Of a stretch of DNA of 64,000 nucleotides, positions 38,448 to 51,660 are shown one piece after another. The translations under genes were made by a program, and so were the position numbers. The stretch comes from Sphagnum compactum (Eukaryota), in the NCBI GenBank assembly GCA_965153455.1, contig OZ234493.1:23922213-23986212 (forward strand). The letters are read 5' to 3'. Numbering within the stretch: position 1 is the stretch's first letter; each line of letters begins with the position of its first letter. Under the pieces are notes generated by a model. The model did no database searches and was not told where the DNA came from. It saw only the letters and a program-made list of their open reading frames with translations.

Positions 38448-39487
38448 AGCCTTTTTTTTTTAATTGACAAAATTTCGCCAAAAAAAGAAATTATTTTTTT
38501 TGAAAATGCAGCGATTCTGGAGGTTTTCTTGGGCCATAAGTGAGGGAAAAAAAGGTACAAATGTCACATCTCTATATTGGGTTGTCAATGAGTAGCCAAA
38601 AGTATAGAAAGGTGATAAAAGATTTGTACCTTATATTTGGTATATAACTAGATTTGGCTAAATCTTCCTATGGATGATCATCAATTTGGCTACAAACAAA
38701 AACCCTACAAAAAGAGACTGGAGTGTGGTGCAGTCAGGGAAGGCGTTTAATGGGGGTAGGTATGCAATTAGTGTGGGGGGTAGGTATGTTCTTAGTGAGC
38801 ACGAGGAATCGGGGAGAGGATGCTGTGGGGTGGGGGGAAGGGGGAGGGAGGAGGGTTTTGAGGTGGGTAGCAGCCTTGGTTTTTTATTGGCAAATTTCCT
38901 CAAAAATCGAAATTAAATTTTTAAAAAGGTAATTCTGGAGGTTTTCTATCGACGAAATTGAGGGGAAAATTTTAAATATCGTCAGATTTCTATATTTTTT
39001 CGTTTTCACTGTGTAGCCAAAGATATAGAAGGATGAGTAAAGATTTGTACTTCATATTTGGTTTACAGCCATATCTGGCTAAATCTTCCTAGGGATGACA
39101 GCCATTTTTTTTGCATCTTCCTATGGAGGATCGCCACTTTGGCTACAAACAAAAACTCCTTAAAAAAGACACTAGCTAGTGGGTAGCATGCATCCTTCTT
39201 TTTATTGGCGAAATTTCGCCAAAAAGGCAATCTTAAGAATTCCAAAAGAATGTGATTTTGGAAGTTTCTAATCACCAAAATTAAGGAACTTTTGATAAAA
39301 AATCACCAGAGTTAAGAGAATCGCGTAGCCAAAAATATGGAAAGATGATTAAAGATTTGTGTACTTCATATGTAGCTATTAGCCGTATTTGGCTAAATCT
39401 TCATATGGAAGATAGCCAGGCTTTCAACATCTTCCTATGGAGAATTGCCACTTTGGGTACAAACTAAAACTCCTTTAAAAAAACAGT
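38448..39487 (+). mobile_element. Three head-to-tail copies (~270-305 bp) of the TAGCC/TTTGGCTA short repeat in the PME upstream region
   Basis: Units at ~38448-38720, 38871-39175 and 39195-39487 share TTG(G/A)C(G/A)AAATTTC, GTAGCCAAA, AAAGATTTGT, GGCTAAATCTTC and TACAAAC.AAAAC, and end A-rich-(GA/CA)CT. Confidence 0.8.
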
Positions 39488-40189
39488 TAGGTAGGTAGAT
39501 ACGGTAATTAGTGTTTTGGAAAGGGGGTGGGGAGGGCGGGGGGGGGGGAGAGTAAAGTTAAGTTAGTATTTGGCAGTTATGAGCACGACGGGGATTTTGG
39601 AGGTACAGTCCGCGGGTACGGCGCGAGGACTAGTTACCATTCACTAACTGCGACATGCGAACGCGCTTTTCCAGCAGCAATCCAATCCAATGCACGCCAC
39701 CAATGAAGGAAGGACCAGTTCCACCCCCTGTCAGGCAGCTAGCAGCAGCAGCAGATCTGCTCACCTGTCCTGTTGTGTAGAATTGTTCTCGCAGCATCTT
39801 TCTCTCCATCTCTGTAGCTGTGGCTTTCAAAGCTTTAGTGTTGTCCTCATCACTAGTGTTGTCCATGAGATTGCAGTTGCATTGAAGCTTTCAAGCAACA
39901 GAAAGCTGGGACAGAAAAGTTAATTAACACCAGAGAGCTTTGCAGCTGCTGGATGCAAACTGTAACAACATTGCAGAAATTGCAGCAAGAATTCTGAATT
40001 GTTAATATTGAGAGGGGAAGATTGCTCATGTGTTGTAGATCGATGATTAGACCAGTTGCTGCTTGGTTTTGACGTTGATTCTTGTGTGATGAAAGACTTC
40101 GCTGTGAGGAGATTGTAGTGAAATTATACGGGGTTATTTGTAAGGTGCGTCCGGATCGATTGTTCAGTGGTGATCCAGGAACTGAAATT

Positions 40190-42988
40190 ATGAATAGCTC
40201 CGGAGAGAAGCTCTGGAGGCAGTCGAGCACTGTAGTGGGTGGGTCGCTCGGAAACTCTGAGTCTTACGCGAAGGATGTTGATCTCAGAACGGGTCATGCA
40301 GTGTCGAATGGCGTAGAATACGGCCAGCGTGGTGTTGTAACTCATGAGCCACCAATAGAGATGAGCCGGAGCAGGAGGTACAGGAAGGGATGTATGGCAA
40401 TCAGCGCGTGTATCTTACTCGTCATTGTCGCAGTGATTGCGGTCGTTGTGGGAGTGAAAGTCGGCCACAAGAATGATAATGACGGTAGTAGCGGTGCAGC
40501 TCCAGTCAGTGCGAATTCTATTTCATCCATTTGTAACGGAACCTTGTAAGAAGCAAAGAGCTTCCCGGAACCCCCCGGGGAATTTTCTTCTTGTTGTTGG
40601 TCGTTTCTTAGAGTACGTCTGAGAGGTGTCGCAGTAAAGTGGTGGCCTTACAAGTTGTTGTGAGCTGAGCTTCGTGCTGCTCTTCTGCAGGTACCCACAA
40701 GTATGTAGCTCCACGCTGAACGGAACCGACCCAAACAACCCGCAGAAGTATGTCCACGTCGCAATCGAGGCTGCAATGCAAGCCATCAACGACTCTCTGA
40801 ACGCCGTGGACGCCTTGCTAGCTTCCGCTCCCGTGAAAAACGGTACACAGTACTCCACACTACTTACATGCGAGGAAGTCCTCAGCGACTCTTTGGACCA
40901 GCTCAACGACTCAATCTCCCAAATCTCCACCCTATCGCTACAATTTCTGCAATCTGAAGTCCAGGACGTGCAGCAGTTGTTGAGTGCGGCTATGACGTCT
41001 CAGGATACTTGTCTGACAGACATCCAAGAGTTCGGTATCTGGAACAGCACCAGCGTTGTCAATGGAACCCTAGCAACTTACGCAACGCAGCTCCTTAGCA
41101 ATGCGCTAGCTCTAGTCACGGCGCTGACGAAGATCACTGGTTTGACGAATCTGATTCCCAGCTTACACAACCGCCGCCGCCTCCTCCTCCTCTCTGCGGC
41201 CGACGACGACGCCCACTTGGCGCAGTCGAAGTCTAGCTACCAAATGGAACTAGATCTGCATAGTGCAATTGAAGGTGGTTCTCAGGCATTTCCTGGTTGG
41301 ATGAGAGCAGCAGACCGCCGTTTGTTGCAAACTGTGAAGCCAACTCCGAATGCAGTAGTTGCGCAAGATGGTTCAGGCCAGTACAAGACCATCCAAGCTG
41401 CTGTCAACGCTGCTAAAACCGGTACCAACAGCAGATGGGTGATTTACGTCAAAGCTGGGACCTACTCAGAACAAGTGACGATCGGCAAGAGTGCCAAGAA
41501 TCTTATGCTTTATGGCGATGGCTCTGGTCTAACTATTCTCACTGGCAGCAAAAGTGTTGCTGGCGGATCCACCACGTTCTTGAGTGCCACTCTTGGTAAG
41601 CAAACTTTTCTGCAGCTTTCACAGCTTGCTGCTGCAGCAGTTCTAGGTTGCAGCTTCTTCTTGGTTTCTTTTAAGGATTTTGTGATATATTCAAAGTGGC
41701 ATCATCCAGAAAAACATTTACCCAAATTTGGCTACATACTAGATATGGAAGTAGATAGAAAAGAAAAAGAATCCTTCTATGTTCTGGACGATCTAGACTG
41801 GAATTTATCATAAGAATCTGGCTACTTGGATTTAATTTTTTCTTCGAATTCTGGCGTATTTGGGTTTTTTTTTTCCCCGTGAAAAGTCCTTTCTAAATCA
41901 TGTTTTTCAGGTCGAAATTTGGCGAAAATTTGTCAGTAGAAGAAAGAAACACTGGGCTGTCTGATCCATGCATCCTCCTCTTTCTTGTGCATGTCGTACT
42001 GTGTACTGTGCAGCTGTGAAAGCTTCGGGATTCATCGCTATGGACATGACAATCAGAAACACTGCGGGACCAAGCGGTCATCAAGCTGTGGCAATGCGAA
42101 TAGGTGGCGATCAATCTGCCTTCGCTGGCCTCTCTATTGAAGGCTACCAGGTACAACAATACATACATTACATAATGTCTTTCACAGATTCTTACACTAG
42201 TAGTGCACGAAATCTTCCGTTCTGATCTTCACTACACAGATTCTGTTGCGATCTTCCAAATGGGTAGTCATCGAACCGGCCAGCTTTGTAACTAGCTTCA
42301 CGTTCCAGGCGGAATCGATACGAGGATTCGAACTTTTCTTGCTCGAATTTCCAGGAGCTACAAATCTGGAACAGTTCAGCTAGGAATTCTTCAAATTATT
42401 CTGCAGCTTCTGACTTTGATCCATGACCTGGATTGAAATGCGCTGCAGGACACTTTGTATGCTTACACTTTGCGACAATTCTACACGGATTGTTCCATTC
42501 TGGGCACAGTGGACTACATCTTCGGAAATTCTGCAGCTGTTTTCCAGAACTGCAAGCTGTTGGCACGCACAGGACTTCAAGGGTCACAGAACACGTACAC
42601 GGCGAGTGGCAGGACGGATCCAGCACAACCAACCGGGTTCTCCTTCCTTTCCTGTACATTGGAAGCTGCTGTTCCAGCAGCTTCCACATGGCCCACTTAC
42701 TTGGGTAGGCCATGGAAACCATATGCCAGGACTGTGTTCATTGAGTCCACACTGGGCAGCTTGATTGAACCGGCTGGTTGGTTGTTGTGGAATGGGGATC
42801 AGCAGTCCGGAGACAAAGTCACTTATGGTGAGTACTCCAACACTGGTCCTGGTTCCAATACTGCCCACCGAGTTCGGTGGAGTATGCAACTCACATCAAA
42901 GCAAGCTTTCACTTACACTGTAGGCAATTTCATTGATGGTGAGAATTGGTTGCCTGCTACTTCCATTTCCTTCTCCAGCAACCTTTAG
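40190..42988 (+). CDS. Pectin methylesterase with N-terminal membrane anchor and PMEI pro-domain; exons 40190-40545, 40691-41595, 42014-42150, 42449-42988; 645 aa
   Basis: TM segment MAISACILLVIVAVIAVVVGV; PMEI cysteines (ICNGTLYPQVC, LLTCEE, LSAAMTSQDTC); RRRLL/RRLL processing motifs; PME motifs VAQDGSGQYKTIQAAV, AGTYSEQV, HQAVAMR, GYQDTLY, GTVDYIFG and YLGRPWK. Introns are GT-AG with phases 2, 1, 0; 1938 nt with no internal stop. Confidence 0.97.
41660..41955. mobile_element. Short repeat (TTTGGCTA family) inside PME intron 2
   Basis: CCAAATTTGGCTACATACTAGATATGGAAG...ATCCTTCTAT...GAAATTTGGCGAAAATTTG...AAGAAACACTG. Confidence 0.75.
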
Positions 42989-43036
42989 GGAGAACAAACT
43001 TAGGGTCAGGTTCCTGGCAATATATGAAGACACATA

Positions 43037-43085
43037 AACCCTAAACCTTAAACCCTAATCTGTAAAACCCTAAATTCTAAACCCA
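43037..43085. repeat. Degenerate interstitial telomere-like (AAACCCT)n tract 3' of the PME stop
   Basis: AAACCCTAAACCTTAAACCCTAATCTGTAAAACCCTAAATTCTAAACCC. Confidence 0.75.
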
Positions 43086-43521
43086 TCCATTGGAAGTGTT
43101 TTTATGACTCAGTTCTGGTTGAGAAACCCCAACTGAGTTGACAGTCCAGTTTTCAAACTTGGTAATCTGATCTTCTTCTTGTAAAAGATTTTAATATTAG
43201 CTTGCTTTCTGTGGTACTTAATTGTTTGTTTAAAAATGTCATGGCAAACATTTGCCATTTGTAGAACATGATTTTGTACAAATCATGGGCTGTGGATTTG
43301 AGTGATATTAGAGATTTATGAGTCTGGGGATGGGGGGCTACATTATGCCTCCAAGCACTATTTAAAAAGAGATTCCTTGAATCCTCAAATCACTTGGAGT
43401 TTCATTGTTATTAAGAATTACAGAGCAACTTAGAGGCTCCATGAATGTGTGCTACAACATTGCATGTTTTTTCTCCTCGTGTGTCAATTCAACTAGTATG
43501 TTCTGAAATGAATTGAGCTAC

Positions 43522-43523
<2 letters not shown>

Positions 43524-43558
<35 letters not shown>
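43524..43558. repeat. (CT)n microsatellite
   Basis: About 17 perfect CT units. Confidence 0.95.
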
Positions 43559-43563
<5 letters not shown>

Positions 43564-44500
43564 GACTGCACTTTCAAGTTGGTTTGGCTTTTGGTCTCCA
43601 TTCAAATGCTTTTTGGGTTGTTGGAATTCCAAAGATTTGAGTTGTTTTAGAATTAAATTTGGTGCAGGTAGTTTTTTGGCAGGGTTTATTCACAAACTTT
43701 ATTATTTATCAATGTTGTGATGCTAGACACTAGATCAACGCTTCAATTTTCTTCAAGAATTCTCCCACGGCCAATCCCGAAAAGTTGGCACAATTGGTCT
43801 TGGAGGTGAAGTCTAAAAGATGGGATTCCAGTTTTCATTTCTTCATTGTACAAAAACTGGATTTCTGAACACACAATTCTACAACTGAAGTAAAGAGGGG
43901 TGCTGTCATAACTTGTGAAAAGTGTTTCATGATTCTGCAAATCTGTACAGTGTGTATAATGTGTACCTTCACTCATGCATGTATGACATACTTCACCCCC
44001 ATGCACTTGACCATATACCTGTTGCAGCAGAGATTGTATAGACTCTAGACAAAACACATATGCTGAACACAACAACATAATAAGGTTTATCAAATGTCAA
44101 TCAATCATGACATATTCATGTTGAATAAGCCACACTTGACAGAGTCATGGTTCATGACACATTTGTGAGGTAAAATTTGTGGTTTCATCCTTTTGTATAT
44201 AGAATAAAGACCCTACTACCTTGGCATTTTGACATTATTTTCAGACCTGTTGAAGTTTTTTTTAAAAACATCAAATGACAATAAATTGTAAAGTAAAGTA
44301 TTAGTTCTTCAAAGAAATTCTATTTTCAAAATGAAATTAATTAATTGACAAACATGTCTCAAACAATATATGTATGTAAACTTTACAGTTTCATCCATTT
44401 GTATATTTTGTATATTTAGTGTATACACTAATTTGACATTATTTAGTTCGTAACCAGATTCAACTTGCACATGATGAATCTTTCAGTGGTAGTATTGGCA

Positions 44501-44696
44501 AAGTAATGAAATTTCTTTAAATCTCAGTATGATATGCTGAGATATCAGCATTTAATGCACAAGGTTCGAGAGTAATTATAGTAGTTGTGCAGGTATGACT
44601 AGTGAAAATATATGTAGGAGCAGTGGAGGCGCTCTGGAAAAAGGAAAGACACGATGAAAATCATTCTATCATCCAAATTGATGGTTTTCTAAGTTT
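44501..44696 (+). repeat. Direct repeat copy B, downstream of the PME gene
   Basis: Collinear with 37620-37822 at an offset of about 6880 bp. Confidence 0.9.
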
Positions 44697-47600
44697 CACC
44701 CCCCTCCCCCATAATAAATACACATTGTACTGTAATATAATAATATTATATTATAGTACATTGTGTTCACAACATAATTGTTAATATTATGTTAAAGTAC
44801 ATTGTGAATGCTAATGTACTTTTTTGCAAGATTTTTTTTTTAAATCTCACCCCATTTATGACCAAACTCAGGGTTCTGGTGCTCTGTTTTCATTACTCAA
44901 AATTTCCAACCAATTACAAGATTCTTTTGAAAGCTAACCAATTACATTGGTGGAAAGTATTCAACAGAACTTGAATTTGTCAATTTTGATGGACAATGTT
45001 AAAAATGTAATGTTCATGAACAAAGGCAAATCCATAATTGGTTCATACCACTATTTGAATGTCACACCTTCATTTTACTAGACCTTTCGGTTTTGAAAAA
45101 AAGTATAAGAAATATAGTCAAATAAGGATTTTCAACAAATGTTTTTGGTGAGTACATTTAATAAATTGCATAAAATTTGAAATTTTAATGATATCAAGAT
45201 TTTTAGAAAAATTAAAAATATGAAAATCAAATAATTTACAATTGTGAATTTTTTTTCAAAAAAATGACTTAAAGAATATTATTTGATCACTTTTGGTTCA
45301 TTAATCATTCCTTAAGGTGCCATCCATCCAAGAATGAGTTTGTCACAACACCAAGTCAAAACTATTTATACACACCTCTTTGTTAATATTGATAATGTTG
45401 CAATTAAATTTCATTTTTGTTTTAATTTTCATATTATTCACATTTGAGCTTTTCATTTTGTACCTTCATGCAAATAAGAGCCCCATGCCTCAAAGTGAAC
45501 ATGAACTATTAAAGGGCATACATATTATAATCACAAGAACATATATCAACTGTAAAACTTGTTAAAACTTTTGTGGCCATCCCTCCCCTCCCTTCCCTTG
45601 TTTCATTTTGACATTTCCATAACTTTGAAAAACTTGCAAATAACAAGACGATGCAGTTAGAATGAACAACAATTTTTGAAAAAACATTTATGTAGTACAA
45701 ACTTGGTGTATTCAACACATGTTCGCTGAATAATTAATTTATTTTGATGTTTCCATTTTCAGAAAAGAATATTCCTGAATATGTTAAAAGACTTTTTAAA
45801 AATTTTCCTTCATATTTTTTTTAAAAAATAAACTTGAAAATTTCAGCATTTAAAAATATATATAATTTGTGTTGAAGCTGCTAAGATACTATGGTATCTA
45901 GATTCGAAGGGAGGTACCAATGTACAACAACACTTACATTCAAGGGAGGTACCAAAATCGATGAAATTTTTCATGCAACCATTTTCAAACAACACTAAAA
46001 TTTCTCAAATTTTGGCCCAACCATGCCAAATTAGGGTTTTCTCTCATTTCTAAGTTGACAAGGATTTTTTAAATATCAATTACATAAAAAATGTTTCTTT
46101 TGTGTTCCTAAACAAAGGGATTCAAGCGTTATTTTTCTGAAATGTTTTTCTTAACCATTCATTAGAAATATTAAAATTATTTTTAAAAATCTAATTAAAC
46201 TTTCAAATTTTACATGATTTGGATAATCTTGTAATATAAAATTTACAATGAAAAGCTTTTCTTCAGTGAATCCTATGTTATCCTAAAGTTGAGTGGGTCT
46301 CAAAATTTTGATGTGTCACATTCTTAATGATACCACTCAAAGATAAGTTTATCCTCCACTATCTCCAAGAAAATAGATTGTGACCGATGCAAAAGTAAAC
46401 ATGTAAGTTCCATCCAATTAAACTACCTCAATGACAACAACCCCAAAATCCATGGTCAATTTGCGATTTGTGATTTGAATAGTTGGTTCTATGCTTATGC
46501 AATACGCATGAGGACTTGCACCAAATTAGTTAAAGAGGGCTTAAACTTTTCATTTCCCAAGGGCCCATTTGATTTCTCATGGGGTTTTTCGATTTCTAGA
46601 GCTTGAAGGCATTCAATTCTCAAAACAATTCATAGAGTGAAGAGTGTACATAAGTCTCTAGTTGTCATTCACACATGGTTAAAGTTTGAACCAAAATTTT
46701 ATCCAAAATCTTGCACCAATGCTTAGTCTCTTTCCCTATGGCTGGGGCCAACAAAGTATATTCAAATTTGCATCTTTTCATGGCGAGTCATTTATATATC
46801 AAAATGTGCAAGAAATCGAAGATGACTTCCAACTTTCCCTCACTTCAAGTGATATTTGGTAGCACTGGTGAAATGGGATAATATAAGTTAGAAAAATATT
46901 TAGAGGTTTTGACAACCTTTTGTAGCATTGTTAAAATGTTGAGATATTGTGTATTAAAATGAGATATTGAGATATTAAAATGTTTTACCTTTTATGCATA
47001 AAGTTGTGTATTTTAGTGAATAGTGCATCATTTCTTTTGTTCATTTGAGCTTGTATCCATCCTTTTTTTATTTTAAAACTTTAAACAAACTAGTCATAGT
47101 CACAAATTGAACATGAACAAGATGTGGACCATGTGGTGTTAGATACAAAAACTTCATATGAATTCAAGTCAAGATATTATAATAGTTACATGTTGCAAAA
47201 CATGAAGCTTATATAGGATCATTTAATTTTATCTCCATACATCAAGAAGTGAATCAAATTTATTACCATAAACATCTAAGCTATCATAACTAAGATCATT
47301 ATGTTTTTATAGTATCTACGTTGACTTATAAAATCAAGTGTGGTTTATTTGAAGAGCAAGAATGTAAGCTAGTGGTAGTTACTACATCGTTGCGGTTATG
47401 GGTTTGCATAGTAGGTGTAGCTTGCAAATGATATAATTGTTATCTTTGTTTTGTAGAAAACATCAAAACATGAATTGCATGGTTTAGAACATGAACCATG
47501 TAAGGCACAATATGACGAGCCTGCAAAGTTCAATGGGGGGATATAATGTCCTACCTTCACAACTCATTGTAAGCCATGGATTTTTCATCTAGCCATAATG

Positions 47601-50600
47601 AAGGTAAAAAATAGTAGTTAATATACAAATTTTGGGTAAAAGATGTTCTTGCATAACATCAAGTTGAGACACATATTGGACAATTTTGGACATGTTATTT
47701 GACAATGGCAACCCAATGACTCACACCCAACTCTATATATCGTACCTTCAACTAATGTTCAACAATATGATCCTGAAATAATTAGTTAGAAAAATGAGGT
47801 CTAATAGTCAGAATTATCATATCCCAAGATTTCAACAATTAAAAAATAAGAATATAAAAAATTCCTTACATTTTGGATTTGTAATGTTATCCCATTGCTT
47901 GGGTTAAGGTTTTTTTTTCAAGTTTTTGCTTTTGCATCAATATTAAACATCCCAAGAAAGACGTAACATTAAAAGACAATCGATTTTTAGAACTTGTCCA
48001 ACAAGAGATTCTCTTCTAAAGTTTGGCTACTTACTACAATCCAAACTAAAATTTGGTAAAACTTGTAGGAATGTGACTCTAATTCATTAGGAGTTTCACT
48101 ATTCATTTGGCTGAAATCATCATTAATTCACTATACTAAAAATTTAAATAGTTCATCATGTCTCAAAGTGATTGACAACAAGTTGGAATGGACAAGTGAG
48201 TTCACTAGCATGTGATCAAATGAAAAATTAACATGTGATATTAAATAACTATTTAGTTTTTTAAATCATCATTTTGTATATTCTTATATTCCATATTTTT
48301 ATAAAAAATAATGTATTTTTAACGGTCACCATACTATTTTGGTATCAAGGTTTGGATGTAAATTCAATTCCCATAAATCTCAACAAGATCTTCTTTTTGA
48401 CCAAACCTTTCCTGAATTAATGTGTCCCAAACATGAGTCATAGGTATGGTATCATAGGAAAGATCATCCAACATCCCCAATTAATAAATGATCATTCTTT
48501 CTTCATATTTGTGTATATTACCAACCATATTAATGTTTTAGAAAGGAGGATTACATGTACTCATTGCTTGTTGCCCACACCCAAATTCCAACTTTTATGA
48601 AGATATATTTCAATTGCAAAATATTCTAATGGACTTAGATCATGCCCAACCTATGGAGGGTAATTGCTTGTGATTTTTCCTTGGGTGAGGCTTGTGTTGT
48701 TAGAGAGGATGGTTTTGGATTAGGGCTTCGGTAGAGAGCACTTGAACACCATTGATGTTGCCACATTTTCCAAGGGTTGATGTAAGGTAGTGGAGGGATT
48801 TTCTATGCTTGAATGTCATCTCAAGTTGATTTTTGTAAATTATTGAAGATATATAGTGGGCAAAAATTTGAAGATGGAACTTGTCTCCATGGGAAAAAGA
48901 ACTTGGAAGTGGAGATGTTTCAAAACACCTTTGTCATAGTACCTTGGTGATTTTGGCACAAATTATGTTATTTTTTAAAATGTTGAGTTTTTCAAAAATA
49001 AATTAATTTATTTTAAAATATTTTCTTTTGTAGTGGAAAGAAAATGTTCTTTTAAGATATAGTAAAGGAATATTTTATTCCGAAATGGAATCTTCAAAAT
49101 ACATTAATTATTGTTGTAAACATGTGTTGAAGTCACCCTTATAGTACAATAGTGGCCATTGCTTGGTCCCAATTTCCAAGGGTGTCACCATTTAATTTCT
49201 AGAATTGAAGAACACAATAGCAAGGTCACGCACCTTGCTAAAGAAAGAAATTGCCATAATACATTGCTCCCAAAAAGATTGGAACCATATATTGGTCATT
49301 TTCCCCCAAAAAAAGACGTTTTGATAGAAAGATGGGTAGAAATTATTAATAAATAATAATCCTTATGGGCTTTGCACATAAGGATCTTTTGACTATGGAC
49401 TTAGTTTGAACTCATATATGAGTTAATTAATTATTTTTGGCTAGCCACAAATAAAAATAAATTATTTTGACTTGACTTGCGACAAAATGGTTTAATTTTA
49501 GTGAAGGAGATGCCAAATGAGTATGGAAGTTCATCCGTGGAAAGGATAAGTGTTCTAAAAGACTAATAGATAAGTGTTCTTACTTCAAGTTGACTAAAGT
49601 TCATGCAATGGATGAATTGTGAGTTGCGACATGGGAGCCAACTACTAATACTTTGCTAACTAGGGCCATAGTGAACCAGCACCCACTAGTGCACCATGTA
49701 CCATATGCTCAATATGACTCAATTGTGGATGAACCTCAACTAAGTTAATATATGGGTTTCACCTTGGTAACCCAAATTTGTAAAAAATAGGTCCTATATA
49801 TATAGAGAGGTAGATAGGTAAGAAAATAGGTGACTACTCAACAAGTAGATGGTTAATAGTTAATCATAGGTAAGGACTAGGCTAGTTGGTAAGTCTAGCT
49901 AGGTAGCCAACCACGATGATTAGCCTAGGACCGAACCCAACAGAAAATTGTTTCTTGACCACTTATCATCCATCCTTCATGGTGTGTGTGTGTGTGTGTG
50001 GGTGTGATTCAGTCGCGCTGCTGACTAGACTTCCCAACTAGCCTGCCCCACACAAGTAAGGCTGCGCACATGCACACAAGTATTATTTATTTATTTATTT
50101 ATTTATATAAAAGAAAGTAGTGTGTGCTAGACAAGTGCACAAAATTAGTACTTGGTTTCATCATATATGACTTCATCAAATTTTCGGAAATTTTGGGGGT
50201 TCGCATGTGAATATTGAGTGCGCCGACCGAATTGTAATGTGGTTGACCTAAGAAAATCTCATAATACATGAACAACGGCTTCCTTCCGGCATAAATTAAA
50301 TTATTTTTTTGTTTTGCCAAATTTTTGAAATTTTATTTATTACTTGTGCCAAAGGTTTTAAACTGTCCCATAACATAGCAAAACTATTGTGTTTATTATT
50401 TTTTAGAAGCATTACCTATCAAAAATTTCAAAATTAAAAAAAAAATCAAGTGCCAAAGTTAAGACTTAAAATTTAATTAATTATTCAGCAGTTTGTAGCC
50501 AAATCCAATCAGGGAGTATGGTAGCGGGTAGTGTGTTTTTCTCAAGTTTTTCCTTTTTCTTTCATTTTTTTTTCCAATTTTTTTTTTCTCTCAACAAAAT

Positions 50601-50989
50601 CCGATGTAAAATTTCAAAAAATGCAGGAAAATTTCAAAACTTGAGGAAAAATTCAATTTTTTTTAAAATAAATAAATTCAAAGGAGTTAATATAACATAA
50701 TGCCCTCTCCCACAACACTAATTAGCTATACATTGAGAAGACTTCTGGATCAAACATAGAAGCAAGAGTCAAACATGTTGTTTGTAATTTTGAAGTTCAC
50801 CTATGCCCACTCCCAAAACCCATGTATACACAACTACAATAACTCAACACCATTGACCCGTCCAAAAGACTCAAATTTAAAATGCATATGATGCATACTA
50901 TATCCCAAGAGTAAATGCATACACTACATAAATCCCCCCTTACAGTTAGATCAACTAGATGGTGCACATACCTATCTTTGGTTTGGTCT

Positions 50990-51660
50990 TGTTCCATTTA
51001 AGTTGGGATGGGATTTTTGAAAAACACATCTTTGTGCTTTAGGTTTTTCAAGGTGGAGTTGGTTTGAAAAACTCTTGCTAGTGATATACTGTAGCCTATT
51101 CATTGCCCTCATTTCAACACTTGTTCCAGATGGACCATCTTTGTCATACATGATGTTCCCTACAATAGATTATTACGTAATGTTGGGTCTTTTATCTTTA
51201 TACATGCTTGTTTTTTCCATGTTCTTTTCACATGCCACAAACATAAGAAAATGGTTGTGTCTAACCATATAGATTTGCAAGAAAGCAAATGCATTATATA
51301 TGAAACTTGGTGGATTAAAATACATTAAATGTTGATGGATGTTACATCCATTGGGGCAAGTGACATGTACAATAGATAGCTGGCAATTTGCTGGATAGAA
51401 AGGGGGAAGGGGTAAAGATTTTACTTGATGCAGTTGATTTCCTTTTGGGCACAATCAACAATGTAAGCATTGGGATGCCATGATGGGTGAATATTGTGAA
51501 TGCTTTCATTCAAATCGTGCATCCATGGTGTCAAATCCTTTTGTTGACATCCTGATGTGATGCAATATGCTACATGAATGCCATTGTGCCATTGGTCAAA
51601 CACCATCATGGTATATAGGGGGAATTGCCACAATTCACAATAGAGATATGTCAATTAAAC
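50990..51660 (-). mobile_element. Mutator-like (MULE) transposase relic with an intron
   Basis: FPLYTMMVFDQWHNGIHVAYCITS...DLTPWM..L...W.PNAYIVDCAQKEINCI (ORF 51421-51654), then after a probable intron SIWLDTTIFLCLWHVKRTWKKQACIKIKD and SIVGNIMY. The catalytic-D and CxxH motifs are characteristic of MULE DDE transposases. Confidence 0.8.

Noticed and set aside
38448..39487. Repeat-spacer-repeat layout reminiscent of a CRISPR array
   Set aside because: Units are ~300 bp and divergent, spacers are irregular, the DNA is eukaryotic and there are no cas genes; this is a dispersed repeat family.
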